DNA from: Tubiluchus corallicola
Lineage: Eukaryota; Animalia; Priapulida
Direction: 5' to 3'
Length of the DNA stretch: 64,000 bases
NCBI GenBank assembly: GCA_030141605.1
Contig: JAQGDQ010000214.1
Span: 186,001 to 250,000 of the forward strand
Part shown: positions 22,921 to 64,000 of the stretch, in pieces
Layout of the letters: the number at the start of each line of letters is the position of its first letter
Numbering within the stretch: the first letter of the stretch is position 1
Made by a program: the position numbers and the translations under genes
Notes under the pieces: generated by a model
The model's input: only the letters and a program-made list of their open reading frames with translations
The model's database searches: none
Told to the model about the DNA's origin: nothing

Positions 22921-24074
22921 TCAGGTCTAAAAATCACACCTTACCAATGTGTAATTTTGAGCATGGCATGAAGACGCTGTAAAAATGGTGGTGCAGACTT
23001 CTGAAGCCAAGCTTAGTGCCACCAAAATTTTCGTGGATGCCATCCCGTGTAGTCAGTATGGCGGCAGAAGAAAACGGCACCAAAACTTTAAAATGTAGAC
23101 CAAAAAATTCTTCATTGCTGAATAAAAATTGACCACAAGATGGACGTCACTGGTTAATTAGTTGCAAAAAAACATTGAAAATCAAATTTGTGAGGGACGT
23201 ATGAAGTACCTTTTTTGACGGGCAGATTACACATGTCCACAAGGCAGATTTGGTATGACAGCGGGTCGTTTACAGGAGCCTCTGGAATACTGCATGCGAG
23301 CTTACCTCCCAGAAGATATTTCCACGGCTGAAAAATTTTATGTCAGTTGCACATAATTGACATAAGCAAATCGCATTCATCTCTAGGAATCAACTTCTGC
23401 AACTCTTCACGATTTCAAAAAGCAGACGGTCCAACAAGTGTGTATCGAATTGTTGACTAGGAAAAATAACCAATATGTCCATCTCGTTGTGGGTGCATAA
23501 ATACACAATGCGCACTGTGTTTTGTAATATTTAAGCAGCGCGTGTTAGCAGCTACAGCTAATTTCCGGGTATTAAGCTGTGATTAGCGTTGACTTATGGG
23601 AACTAATGAATGCCTTAATACGATTACAAATATAACATTTAGTGACATTGAGCAGTCAATGTGATCTTCATTAATTAATTACATTTCCTTTGATTCTAAT
23701 TTGTATCGCACGCGATGATTAATAGTAGCTTGGGCGTCCGTATTGTAGTAGATTTCCACCGTAAAAATTAAGGTTGACTATAAAAGTATGGCTTTTGTTA
23801 TAATTAAATGTTTGATTTTTGAATTATAGATGAACAGGATGTGGACTCTGTTAAAAATCTCGGTTCTAATATTAAATTTTGTTGACTGTTTTGGTACACA
23901 GCTGCTTCTTTTTTCTTGCTGCAGCTCTTACAGAAGTTTCAGTTTTTAGCAAGACATTTGGTTTCTGATCTATCACAAGCTACGATCAAGTAACTTATTT
24001 ATTCATCAGTATATATATATATATATATATATTCATTTATTTGTTTTGCTTAAAAATTCAGAAAGTTTCTTCAT

Positions 24075-24266
24075 AAAGCTACGACTCTACCTGGGCGTAA
24101 TGCGTGATCCGTAATACGTAATGCGTGATGCATATTCAAAAGATAACCATCACGTCCGAGTGAATACGCATTACGGATTACGCACACATGGAAACGCTTC
24201 CGCGTGTTTAAATATAAACTCTTGTATACGCATCGCGCGTTACGCGCACATAGAGTAATACCTTAA
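24075..24266. mobile_element. Short MITE with TACGACTC/GAGT..TACC termini and 7-bp GTAATGC subterminal repeats
   Basis: Shares termini and internal sequence (TACGCATTACGGATTACGCACACATGGAAAC..) with the longer element at 49400-50086. Confidence 0.7.
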
Positions 24267-24353
24267 AAAGAAAGGCAGCCAATAACCGGTAGGGGCACTC
24301 CTAACTTGGGTAGTCGATGGCCAGTGAATAGCAATTGTTTGGAAATTTTCTTG

Positions 24354-24478
<125 letters not shown>

Positions 24479-25434
24479 CTAAACTTTTAACAGCACATTG
24501 AAACTGATATCAGTGTGAGTGGCAGGGATTTGCTTGATTTACTTCAAAACGGAAGATATACCGGTGAAACAGAGAAGGGAAAATGTAAAAACTTGAGGGA
24601 GTTTCGAGGGTTTTCAGCAAATTGCAGTCAAGCCACGATTTTCTTAATTAATTAATTATTTGAATAATAAACAAACAAATAAATCGAGACACAGACCGAC
24701 CACAGACCACTTGTTGATGAAGATAATAATCGAAGTAATTCCACTATGCTTTATTTAATTTATATTCACGGTTTATTTATAAGTGTAGTGCTAAATATCG
24801 CGAAAACGTGTGTTTATGACTGTAGTTATTAATGGTATGTAAAATTTATTTGTATAGCACACTGCAACATTTAAAATCTTAGCACGCTGATCAATAAAAG
24901 AAATGTAAAGCTCATAACCATCATTAAAGTGTAAAATACATTAAAAATTAAAAAAAATAATTCATAAAAAGTAAAGTCTAAACGAATGTGCATTAAGATG
25001 CTGTTTAAAAAATCTAATGAGTTTGCAGAGAGTACAGCAACAGGTAAGCTATTCCTGAAATGCAGAGGACAATCAAAAAAGCTATTTCACATTTTCATGG
25101 ATGATTTTAGTCGCCAGTTTTATACTGATAAAAATAATTGCATTCAATAATAATAATCATAGAAAAATGATTCGTTATAGGATGCCAGGTCAATCAGTAA
25201 CTACTGAAAAACATCGTCTTGTACTGTCTTGTGTATGGGCATATCTCACATGTCTGCATTTGGTTAACTTCACAAAAAGGTGCCTTTAAGAACTGAAATC
25301 GTCTGCTAACTCCCATTCTTGCCCATGTTTCTTTATTCATTCAATACAGGCTGGCAAATTTAAACATTTTAATGCATCTTCCAAGTGTTAATTACAATAC
25401 GTGTCACGTTCAAGAGCTTATATGCAGCGTTGTC

Positions 25435-52473
<27,039 letters not shown>

Positions 52474-55400
52474 CTATAAAATGAATTTATACATTGTATT
52501 ACTATAGTATTTGTTGCTATATTTCGATAGTATACTAGTAATTGCTACCTTAAAAAAATCTCCAAAAACATAATTATGAAGCTTGTGTCATTTAATATGA
52601 GAACAAAAATTGCCTTCATATAATTTTGCTCGTTTTGTTCTAGTCAACTTTAACATTTAAAATTATAAAATCTAATTAGTTTAATCACTTAAATTGACTG
52701 AATCTAATAAACAAAGGTTCAAGATTTAAGAAATTAGCAAGGACTACTATACACTATATACATGTCTATAATATAGACTACTATATTAGTTAATCAGCTT
52801 ACGCGGTGATCCTGTATAAGTGTAATTATGAAGTTATAACTATTAGAACGACACTTCTAAACAATCTATAACAGATAATGTGAGCGCCATTAGTGACCTA
52901 AATGCACAGGTAATGGTTTCACAGGTTGGAGGGTGGTCACCTGACCAGTGTAAAAAGAAACCAGAATGTAACAGAAAAGCTATACGAATTTAAATTTAAA
53001 TCATCGCAGTATTTACTTTGTCGTTAATTTTGTAACCTTGTTTGTCTTGTCCAAATAACCAAAGCCTAAAATACATTTTCTCCTACCAAAAACAAAATAG
53101 GAGAACGATGAATGAACAGTTAACTATCTAAGGCTGCTATTATTAACTGCTGTCGTTAGCGCTCACCGACAAAGAGAGCTATCTCCTTTGCTTTGTTCAG
53201 CTGTACGTAGTAGACACCTAAGACAATGATACAAAAGCACATTGAATACATAGCAACTCGGTTATGGCGATGTGTACTAAACAATCATGTGCATCACACT
53301 TGCATAACTATAATCTCACACTTCTGCATAATCTTCACAAGCGTTTTGTTAAATTTGTGCTCAATGGGAGAGAGAGGGCTTCGTGTGCTCTTGTTTGCAC
53401 AGACAACACTTACATAAATTATTAATACTCGAGGTGGGAGATTTATTCAGGTGCCGCTCAACAATATTTTCTGACAAGCTGTTATTGATGAATCTCAAGT
53501 TTCTTCGGATATTATTCTCTTTGGCATGTAACAGAATAATCGTAATAATGAAATGTCCTCAAACAATGGCCAGGACGTCCCATTGTATTCGCTGCCAGTA
53601 ACATATATAAACCCAAAATGTAAACCCAGCATGAATGTCCAGTAAAAGTACAAAGACTGAGATGTATTCGAGTACAGTGAAACTAATTTAAAAAAACCAG
53701 CTCTTTCAAGCTAATTGTGCTGTGACAGTAATTTATTTGGATCTACTTTCTCAAAACGGATAGTGTTCATTATTACTCAAGTACATCATATTTTATAATT
53801 TTCAAATCATGTAGTCCATATTTTGCGGAGCCATACGACTAAATCCTCATTTCGCAAAATAATCTTTCGAAAAGATTAAACTAGATATTCGATTTTGTTT
53901 GAATGTGAACTTTATATAAATTTGCAGTGATAATTAAAATTGAATGACAACAATATAGTCTATTAATAATAGTTATTGAAAACCATTATATTATTAGTAG
54001 TGCCTGCAATCTCGGTGACCGCAAGCTGGCACGCAAGACGCGTCCAACTGTCCAGCGTCCATGTATGGTTCTTCGCTTGTGTTGCACACCTTTTATCCAC
54101 GAAAATTTGACCTCATTACCAATATTTACTTTGCTGTGTAAAATATAATGTAACGATTTTACAGTTATGCAGGTTTTATCTAAAAACATTGCTCTTCACG
54201 CTTAACACTAATGTCCTTCATTCTTAGGTTCTTAAGACACCTGAAGTCGTAATAAGACAGTACTAGAAGTCATCGTCTATGATCTGCAGCATATAGATTA
54301 AATTACAAAGACAGTGTTATAAATAATATTTTTTAAAGTTTGTATGTATGTGCAAACAAAAACATTTATAAGTTCCTAAAAGCCTTTAAGCCGATTGAAA
54401 CAACAGGGGTTAAAAAACAGAAATATAACTAGAAGACACACACACGCACACATATATAATCTTTATTTAAAGTCGGTATACATCTAAGAACATTAACTAA
54501 ATAGGCTATTGATACTCATAGACTACTCGTATAACATACACGGTTATTAATGTAGTAACCAGTAACCAGTGGTTTTTTAACTGATGCTTGCATTTTTAAT
54601 GTCTGTATACATTTTTTTGTAAATTTTCGTAGCTCTTTTAATAGTGCATGACATATTATATTTCTTAGTTTTTATCGTAAATTTTAACTTTTATATGCCA
54701 TTTTTATGTGCTGAAATAAACTTTAAATAAAACAATAATAAAATAAATACGCAATACGTAAATGCAAGATTAAAAGTAGCACAATAGCACACAGCACTGA
54801 GAGATTCTCATTCCGCATTCGGCTACTCATTCCACACAACAGGTTCCGTGGCAAAATCAGGCCATTTGAGTTTCACTGAGTAATTTCTGAAGTCATGTTG
54901 CTTATTAGGGACATTACAAAAATGCCATGTTAATGGGTAGAAATTAGACACAGGTGAAACAAAACTTTTTTCACAGTTTTATCATACAATGGCTCACCAA
55001 CTCAGCCAGTAGTACTTTAGTCCTAATTATTAGATATCTTTAAACAATTATTAATTAATTGTCTACAATTTTATGATCAAAGTTAACTAGAAAGAGTATG
55101 GCGTTTGTTAGCTAGCCTTTTCTCTGTTTTTACTTGAGCCAGTATTAATGCCTGTTATTAGATTGGGTTGGTGATCTGGCGGGGGGCTAAGACTTGGCTT
55201 CATCTGAAAATATCAATCCAAGATTAACACGTTAAGTTCACATCCAAAGAGTACTTTTCAGACTCAAATATTATTACTTCTTTGGTTTATTTCTGAAGGC
55301 AAAGCTTTATCAGATATTATTGTTGTCACCCACGTTGATAGTAGTTGGGCCATTATTAGGACGTTTAGTTGCGCCTGTCTGCGTCTACATATTGCCAAAT

Positions 55401-56649
55401 CAATAAAATTAAAATACTGGTGAATCTATTATTACTAGACTTAAAACAGAGATCATAGATATGTGCAAAAGCTGGAATGCCAATAATTTTTTTGGTTTGA
55501 AAGCTTAATTATCATGGTCACAAGTTGAGAAAATATCTACAAGACCAAGACAGGTAAAGCGACAATCACCAATATCGTCCGCTTTACGCAGGGATAGGTC
55601 TGGGTACGACATAGAAACTCCTTTGATATTTGGTTCGAAGGTCACAAGTTTGAATAACGTCAAAATGTCAGATCTCCTCATTTTTAAAGGTTAATGCATT
55701 ACATTGTTTTTCGAGCCGCAATTTTCCCCTAGACAAAATAGCTAATCTGGACTTTATAGGAAAAACTATTAAGTCATGAATATTGATTTTTATTAGCTTG
55801 TCGGTTCTTATTCAACCTTTGGACTACTATAAGTGCTATGCAGTGCAAAATGCAAATGCACTACGTGTCTGCGTGTTAAACAAATAAAAATCCTACATGC
55901 GTACCCGTGAGTCAAATTGTAGCCTACTAGTTGGAACGATATTGGAGAGCATAGTGTCCCTTTTGAAAAAAGCTATTCTGGGAAGTTTTATTGAGCTTCA
56001 AGTCCAGCGGATCTTAATCGAAGTAAGTAGTTCTGTGATGTACTAGTGTATTAAGCTGGGTTGATGGCACTTTCTTGCAAGTTCTTGTACCTTTCTAAGC
56101 GACACGTACGTGTTGCAATTCAACTATAGGTGTGACGATGATATTTGGGAGATCCATAGAGCACATTTATGTTATCTCAAAGCAGCTTCTCTGGACCATT
56201 GCTAATGGAATGGGCGTTACTCTGAACCTAAACACTAGGCACATAAGGACTAAGCCTGAAACTTCATTTACCTATTGTCTTTCCTAAGTCTTTTTGTGCT
56301 ACAGCTTCATTTTTTTGAGCATCAATCATGCATTATCAGCAAAAACGTTTCGCAGTTCAATCTGCCATCTCACTGATGTAATTTTTGTAACGGGACATAG
56401 GCATATTGGTAGGTACCTTAGTTGTATGCCTTCTGTTTGGCAAAATCATATATTTCAAAAAATACACTTTCCTCGTAACGCCATAGTAATTACTAATTTA
56501 CAATAAATAGAATATATTATTTTCTATTTTGGACAGTAGACCACAATCTTCTACCGATCGTGGCCTGCTTTATCAGTTACTTTGAGAAATTCCATCACAG
56601 CAATATGATTTATTTTATGATTGCTTCCTTGCCTAAACGTCGGCCTCAT

Positions 56650-56855
<206 letters not shown>

Positions 56856-57759
56856 CTCTTACACGAGTTGTGTTTCCTAGAACTAATTTTGAAGATCATA
56901 TTCTAAATGTTATGTCAATCACAGTGCTAATAGTAAGCTAGTCTGGTTATACGAAATAATCTAAAAGTCAGAAAATCAGGTCTGTGCGTTTCTCTTTGAT
57001 ATTAGTCAACCATGGGAAGAATTAATACTGAACAACATTATAATTTCCCAAAGACCAGAAGCAGCGTTGGTCCAATTTTTAAGTAAACATACAAACAAAT
57101 GTAGTCTGATTCCCTCCAGTCATTAACATCGGGAGCATCTAGAACGGCTTCATGATTGCCATTTAAGCACATTTTAGTTCTGTGTCAGAACCGATAGCAA
57201 CTGGCGATAAATTGCTGGTGCGCCGACGCTTTGAAAGTTTATTCAGTTTACTTAGTAACAAGCGAAAGCGACATGGCTGAACGCTTGAGTGACGATAGTG
57301 AGTCAGTTAATTGAAATGAGACTTAGTAAGTCATGAATCTCGTGATCGTTGATTAATATGGATAAACTATACGGATGTGGCATGTAAATGGTTTAGTGAT
57401 TACTACGTTTAGTGACGACTAAGTGCTGTCTTGAGAGCAGGCTTATTGATACTAGGTTTTTGCGTGTTCAATAACTTGTAAGTTGTATTTTTTGCTAGTG
57501 CTACTATTAGTATTACTAGTATTAGTGCTAATGTACAGTAATAGCACTTTACCTTAATTGAGTTGGGAATAAAACAATCAGCAGTCAAGTTGGGTTACTG
57601 GCCTCGCACCCAGTGCAACCTTATCCATTGCATTGTCGGTACAGTTGATTATACCAATATTATAATCATACCTTGATGAACTGGTTATTGTTTATTTTCC
57701 TTTCTTCCATTGAGAATATATTGTTTTTTCTTGCAGGGCAACGGGTTTGTAATATAAAC

Positions 57760-60700
57760 ATGGCTGAATTGAAGGCTATGTCGTGTTTACCACAAGCTTC
57801 AACGGGGTTTCTTGTGAATCTCTATGATATCATCAGAACTGGCAAACAAGGTACGATTTGTAATGTGTACTAATGTGCATTATATTATATTATGATAATA
57901 GTATGTTTACTAATGTAAATATGCATCATATCATCGTAACCTATATACACCATCTGCTCAAGATCTCAGCACACTAAACAACAATAATGAGGCCCACTGA
58001 GAGAGAGATTTCCAGTTGGTGCACTGTATCATGGCCCAAGGGTGCATAAGAACCCATGGGATCAAAAACTGCCAAGTTGGTGTAAGATTTTCGTTGAAAG
58101 CTTTAATAGAATCAGCATAATAAATTGAATCAGAATGAGATTGCAAAACCTGTCATGATGTCACCATATCTCTGCATCACTCTCAGTTTTTTGTATTCAG
58201 AATAATATTAGGGCTTCAGATATAGTAGTTGGAATAATTGTACTGATTTCTAGTCTAGCATAAGAATTTACATTTTATGAGATGCTATGGCTTTAAATAA
58301 ATAAGAGTTAAAATGACGTCTTAGCAAGATTGTTCTACTTTGGTTTTATATTTCTAAATGACCTGACCAATTTTCTTTAAGCCTGTAAATGCAATAACAG
58401 TCAGGATGACCAGGTTGTCCTTTAGTCATTCTAGGTTGACAAAGATGATATTTTTAGCACTGGAATAATGCTACACTCTCTTTCAACTAGGTATGCTTCC
58501 ATTGTCCCTTATTTAAAGATATGCCAAACATATGTCAATACATGGCTTACATCATTGGTATTGCTGATTACGATGACATTCTTTCTGATCCTGGTATTTA
58601 GTAGTTCTCTTAAATTCCATAATATCTTGTTCTGACTACATTCCACTTCTGTTTCTGCATCATCAGAGTTCAGAATTCGATAGCCTGACTGACATTTGGT
58701 AAAGATATAATTTAGCATAAACGTCATTTAAAAAGTTAGGCCAGTCTTTAAAATGTTCTTCCTCCGCTTTAATAGAAACCTGTTTTTGAACAAAATGCAA
58801 GAGTTGAGATTTTAATGTCTAACTCCATGCTAGTCTAAAGTTGCGTGTCAAAAACTTCTCCAATACTCAAGTTTCTGTAAGCCATAATTTTTGTCAAATC
58901 TAACAAGGCAATTCTGCTGAAATTCATCTCTCTGTTATATTTCGTTTATCTTGTTTTATCATGTTGTATTTCTGTTTAACGTTTTTGATAATGGCTTTAT
59001 TTATCAACTAGGAAAGAAGCAAAAAAGGTAAATAACTATTTTAAATTAATGCATTAAGTCAGGTGAATTTATTTTTTTATAGGTGAGAACTTGTTTTTTT
59101 CCCCTGTCAGCATCCAGATGGCACTGGCCATGACTCTGCTTGGAGCTCGAGGACAAACAGGACAACAGCTGCGATCAGCTTTACAGATGGCCAGTATTGA
59201 TGAAGATGTACTGCATGCTGACTTTCGAAAATATCTTGATAGCATTCGCTCAAAGAATGCTAAATGTACCTTGTCAATGGTCAACAAACATTTTGTGCAG
59301 AATGGATATGGGTAACTTATGTTTGCAATATGCATGGTTAAAGGACTCTTTGATATTGATTTGCATAGTTAAAATTGTAAGTTTAATTATACTTAAAACC
59401 GTGCTTCGAAGTGGCCATTGGTTTAGTACTTTTGAATTAATGTGTGAAAGTAAATTGTTTATCTTTAACTACAATATCTAAAGCAAGCTTTAGTATTTTT
59501 GAAGCAAACTTGTTATTACTCATTTGCAATGTGTATGAAATCATAAAATGTGTAATCCTTTTTCTACCATTTTTGTACAGCCTTGTTGAAAAGTTTCAAG
59601 AAATTTCCCGCAAAATGTACGATGCTGAAGCAAAAAATCTGGATTTTAGCTCTAATACAGAGGCTAGCCGAAACGAAATAAATAACTGGGTAGCTCAAAA
59701 CACAGGAAACATGATAGAGGTAACAAACCAGGGATAAAGCTTAATAATATTGTGTCCAATGAGCTTAGTGCGCTGACGGGCTAATAATAATAATGCAAAC
59801 ATGTCAGCTCTCAGGGTCAGTAATGATATGGTAATGGGTTAAGGGTGAGCATTGAATGTTCGTATTCAATTTGCATGATTTCTTTTATTTCCATCTCTAT
59901 TCGAACCTATAATTTAGCACTTCAACTACATACATTTTTATGATTGAAACATTCGAAACAGCATGCAGTTAGCACTTTTTACTTGCGATTTAGTTGCATT
60001 TTTACTGTAGAATAAAATCAAATAATGTGTATGATCTTCGTGAGACTGCTTTTTATTAGTAAGTTGAACAATTTTTTTTAACATCTTTAAAACTGAATTC
60101 GAGTTCAATTTGAATTCGCAAATTTCAAAATTTGATTTGATCCAGGTTTGAATGTCACAAATTTGATTCGAGTCAAATTTGCTGTCTGATAGAAAGCCTT
60201 TAACACCCCTAATAATGGTGTACACACTGTAACACACCCTGCACCTGCGCAATGTAGCTTCAAAGTAGAAACTTGGCCAATCTTCTTTATGCTTTGATCA
60301 TTTGTGGTACTTTTAAGCATACCATAATTCAGAACTAAATATACTGAATTATTTTTTTATTACAAGCACTTAAAGATGTAATGTACAAAGCAGTTCAATA
60401 CCTTTAACTTTATAATCAAAAAACCACTGTATCAGTTTCTTTCCTACAGGTCTGTTTAATCATTACCTATTTGGCTTTTTGTAAATGTGAAATTAGTGCA
60501 TTATTTATTGTATCAGTTTCTTTTCTACTGGTCTGCTTATTCATTACCTATTTTGCTTCTGTTAAATACATGATTAGTGCATAATGTTTTATACTCTAGG
60601 CTCTGCTTATATAAACTGCTTGTACATTTGTAAAAACTTACCACTGATAATGACATCAGTAACTCTGTCAAAACGTTTGACGTCATTTACTAAATTAAAA

Positions 60701-63700
60701 GTTATAATAAGTTGTGGTGTTTTAACTATGCTGAATTATGTTTAAGTTACAACACTATGACCAATGTATGCTGGATAGCAGTAGCAGAAGTCTAAAATTG
60801 CAGCCTGATTGCCGACATAACGACATCTTGTGGAAAAACAATCGTGCGCTGCTTGCTTGAACTCGTGCTTTGACCCTCTGGCTTCCCATTATTATGTAGT
60901 ATAGATAATAGCGCCTTGACAGCTACCAGTATACTCAGCTACAAGCCGCCATGCTTATTCAAGTTTTCAGGTTTCTGTAAAAATATCAAATGCCTATCTG
61001 CTTTCAATTTTTGTGCATCAGCGTTAATTTTTAATGAGTTAATGATAATGCTTGACTGAATAACAACACACACAGTTGACATAAAAATGTTGCTTTGGTA
61101 ATACGATAGTGTATTTTTATGGTGCAAATGAAGTACTTCGCAACAAAATATATATTTTTTCAAACATGAAAAATTTTTCATATGGAAAGTTGTATTGTTG
61201 AGTACCATCACAGTGAGGCATCTTTAAAGTCCCACTGCATCCATATTTGACTATCCAAACCTTTTTTAAAATTTTTGCAGTTTAATCTCAGATGTTTTTG
61301 TGAGTGGTTTCTTATTTTTAGCAAGTAATGATAATTTGTGTTAACAAATCAGTTTTGTTAAGCAAATATGTTGTTTAGCAGCATGGTATTGAAGTCATAT
61401 TAAAGTGAGATCAGAAAACTTTCACTGGCTCAGTTTTAAACTAATGCTATGAATTATCAGCTAACTCACGTGTTTTCCATGGTTGTAGCTACAAAACATA
61501 AGCCATTTTCCCTTGAAATTTAGGCTAATGAAGGTGCCAATAGTTGCAGTAGTTAAATCACTTGTTGGCAACTTACATTGAGTATTTATATCTGTTTTCA
61601 CTGTGCAAGCAACCAACCACTATTCAAACGCTGTATGGTCATATTTATGTTTACTAATATGTAACTTTGAGTGCATGCAATGTATACAAGTCTAAATGTA
61701 AATAATGTTATTTATTGTTATTTACAGGAGCTCATCAAACCAGGTGTGCTAACATCTCTAACCCGCCTCGTCTTGGTTAACGCGTGCTATTTTAAAGGAG
61801 AATGGAAAGCTAAGTTTAACAAGATGCTGACTAAGCCAGAACCATTTAGTATTAGTACAACAAAGAAAGAAAATGTCATCATGATGAAAAGAAAGGGCAA
61901 ATATATGGTGGGTCACAATCCCACGTTGAAATTCTTGTTTTTGGAAATACCATATAAGGGTGATGACCTTAGCATGTTTGTCATACTACCTGAAGAAGTT
62001 GATGGCCTGGAGAAGGTAAGTAGCAAAATATTTTGAAATTGTAATGCGGTTAGATTTCAGCAATACATTAAAAGTTCTGTCAATTCTAACAATATATGAT
62101 AGTTTTTATGTTTTTAGGAAATTTCAAAAAAAATCATTCTAAATTTAAAGTGTCGCAATTATTTTGTGCAAGCTTTTGGTAAATGCGTACTTGCTTAGCA
62201 AAATCGTCCATAAGTCGGCAATTAAGTTTTCCTAGATGTTAACGTATCCTGAATCTCCATTTCACGAGGATCATTTTGATATCAAACTCATCAATGTATG
62301 TTATTTCTACGTTGAGATAATCCACATAGGAATTCAGGTGCAGGCTATGCACTGAAAACCATAATTTTGAGAAAATTGCTGTTAAAGTTAGCCATTGTTT
62401 TTTGTTGCGTTTCTACAAAACACTTAGCAACCACACAAATGTTAGTTGCTACGGACTTTGCAAGAACACACACATTGAAGTTATGTTAAAATCCAGTATA
62501 TATGGCTCTACCTGGTGAAGATTTGGGCTTGGCAAGAGAAAAAACCCAAAGCAAAATGACTGCTTCTGGAGCAATTATCAGAGTTTGAAAATAGGAGTTT
62601 TTTGCAATTGCAGTACTAGTTTCTAGACCCAAAACTGGGTAAGGAGTTATAAACTTAAATTTGTTGTTTTGTTGGACTTTTTTTTGATAATTGATGTTAG
62701 AATACACAGTCCAATATATTTAGCATTTTTTTATAAAAAACAAAAAATTGACATTTGACCAAATTTTTGGTATATTCTACTTTGAAGCATCATAACATAG
62801 TTTTAACCATGCCGACTTATGAAAGGATTTGGTTTGCAGGCACACAACTAATGATGTAATTAGGGGAGATTATGAAATATTTTAAAATCCGTTATTTTTT
62901 TTGCAGGTTGAAAAATCTCTTACTGTAGACATTCTCAGTTCAATGGAAAAAGATGTTCATCCAGAGCCTAACGTTTCCCTGTGGTTACCCCAATTTTTTG
63001 TGCGCATGAATGTCAGTCTTGTTGACACTTTGAAGAAAATGGGTGTGACTGACTTGTTCAGGTATGCCTTCTCCTTTAACTTGTTACTGCCATTTAAAAC
63101 AAGATTGATAAGCAAGTAACTTGATTTCAAAAGTATATGAACAATGACTGTTATGAAATAAAGATGATACAGTTAATGCTTGCTTTAATGAAACATTTTT
63201 AAACGTTCACAAACCTTAACAATCTAAAAGCATTGAATTGTATTCTAAGAGCAAAAATCACTATTGCTTGACTCATACATCAAATACTTTATGAATTCCA
63301 TTGATTACAATTATACATCATTTGTTTATTAAAAGCAATGAGTAACTTTATCTCTCACATTCTCTCGTTCCCAGCTACTCTCTACTCTGACTACCTATTA
63401 AGAATTCCACAATATGTAGCCACCTACTCATATTTGTTTGCTACACTAAATCACTAATAAATAGCAACCTTACTACTATTTTACATTGTACTTGTGTTTA
63501 TCAGCTGTGTAAACAGTATATTTTCGATATTTTGATAAACCATTTCTATTTTAGTGCAAAAGACTGTGATCTGAGTGGACTGACAGATAAAAATGATCTG
63601 TATGTAAGCGAAGCTATACATGAAGCCTATGTTAAAGTAGACGAAGAAGGTACTGAAGCTGCTGCAGCTACTGGAGTGGTTGCAAACCTGCGCTCTATGC

Positions 63701-63720
63701 CACTACCTTTTGATTTCAAG
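57760..63720 (+). CDS. Serpin, intracellular clade-B / leukocyte elastase inhibitor-like; 6 coding exons visible, last exon off-window
   Basis: Exons: 57760-57850 (ATG, no signal peptide), 59083-59311 ([24 protein letters not shown]), 59581-59719 (INNWVAQNT), 61728-62015 ([15 protein letters not shown]), 62907-63061 ([14 protein letters not shown]), 63555-63720 ([13 protein letters not shown]). All GT-AG and phase-compatible. Confidence 0.95.
62251..62390 (+). repeat. Dispersed repeat, second copy at 63863-64000
   Basis: GAATCTCCATTTCA..GAGATAATCCACAT..GAGAAAATTGCTGTTAAAGTT present in two serpin introns. Confidence 0.8.
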
Positions 63721-64000
63721 GTTTGATTTTTACCTTTAGTTACATTTATCTCTCGTACATTAATACTTGTATCCAATTTTATCCATGATTGGTTCAAGCA
63801 CTTAAATGTATGCTTGCACAGCAAAATCATCCATTAAGTTTTTCTAGTTATTCACATAGTCTGAATCTCCATTTCATAAGGATCATTCTAATACCAAGCT
63901 TTTCTCTCTATGTTATTTCTAAGCAGAGATAATCCACATTGAAGTTGAGGTTCAGCTACGCACTGAAAAACATAATCTTGAGAAAATTGCTGTTAAAGTT

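Overview
AT-rich, microsatellite-rich eukaryotic (protostome invertebrate, probably lophotrochozoan) genomic DNA with spliced genes; no prokaryotic operons or CRISPR arrays. I reconstructed exons by hand from splice sites and codon phase. On the minus strand: (1) a divergent firefly-luciferase/4-coumarate-CoA-ligase-like adenylate-forming enzyme (426-9458, last exon off-window); (2) a complete 10-exon orphan mGluR-like class C GPCR (12703-22046); (3) an IR25a/IR8a-type ionotropic co-receptor (25435 to at least 52473, 5' end unresolved), whose 14-kb intron holds (4) an intronless peptide-receptor-like class A GPCR on the same strand (32854-34248). On the plus strand: (5) an intracellular inhibitory serpin with P1 Arg (57760-63720, last exon off-window). 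Introns carry LINE remnants, TTAA-flanked Kolobok-like MITEs, a hAT-like MITE, a SINE and many micro/minisatellites. The most notable observations are a six-fold tandem duplication of a splice acceptor plus exon start in the class C GPCR, a SYTADLAAF gate variant in the IR, loss of glutamate-specific residues in the class C GPCR, catalytic-motif changes in the luciferase-like enzyme, and the co-oriented cluster of three unrelated candidate chemosensory receptor classes.
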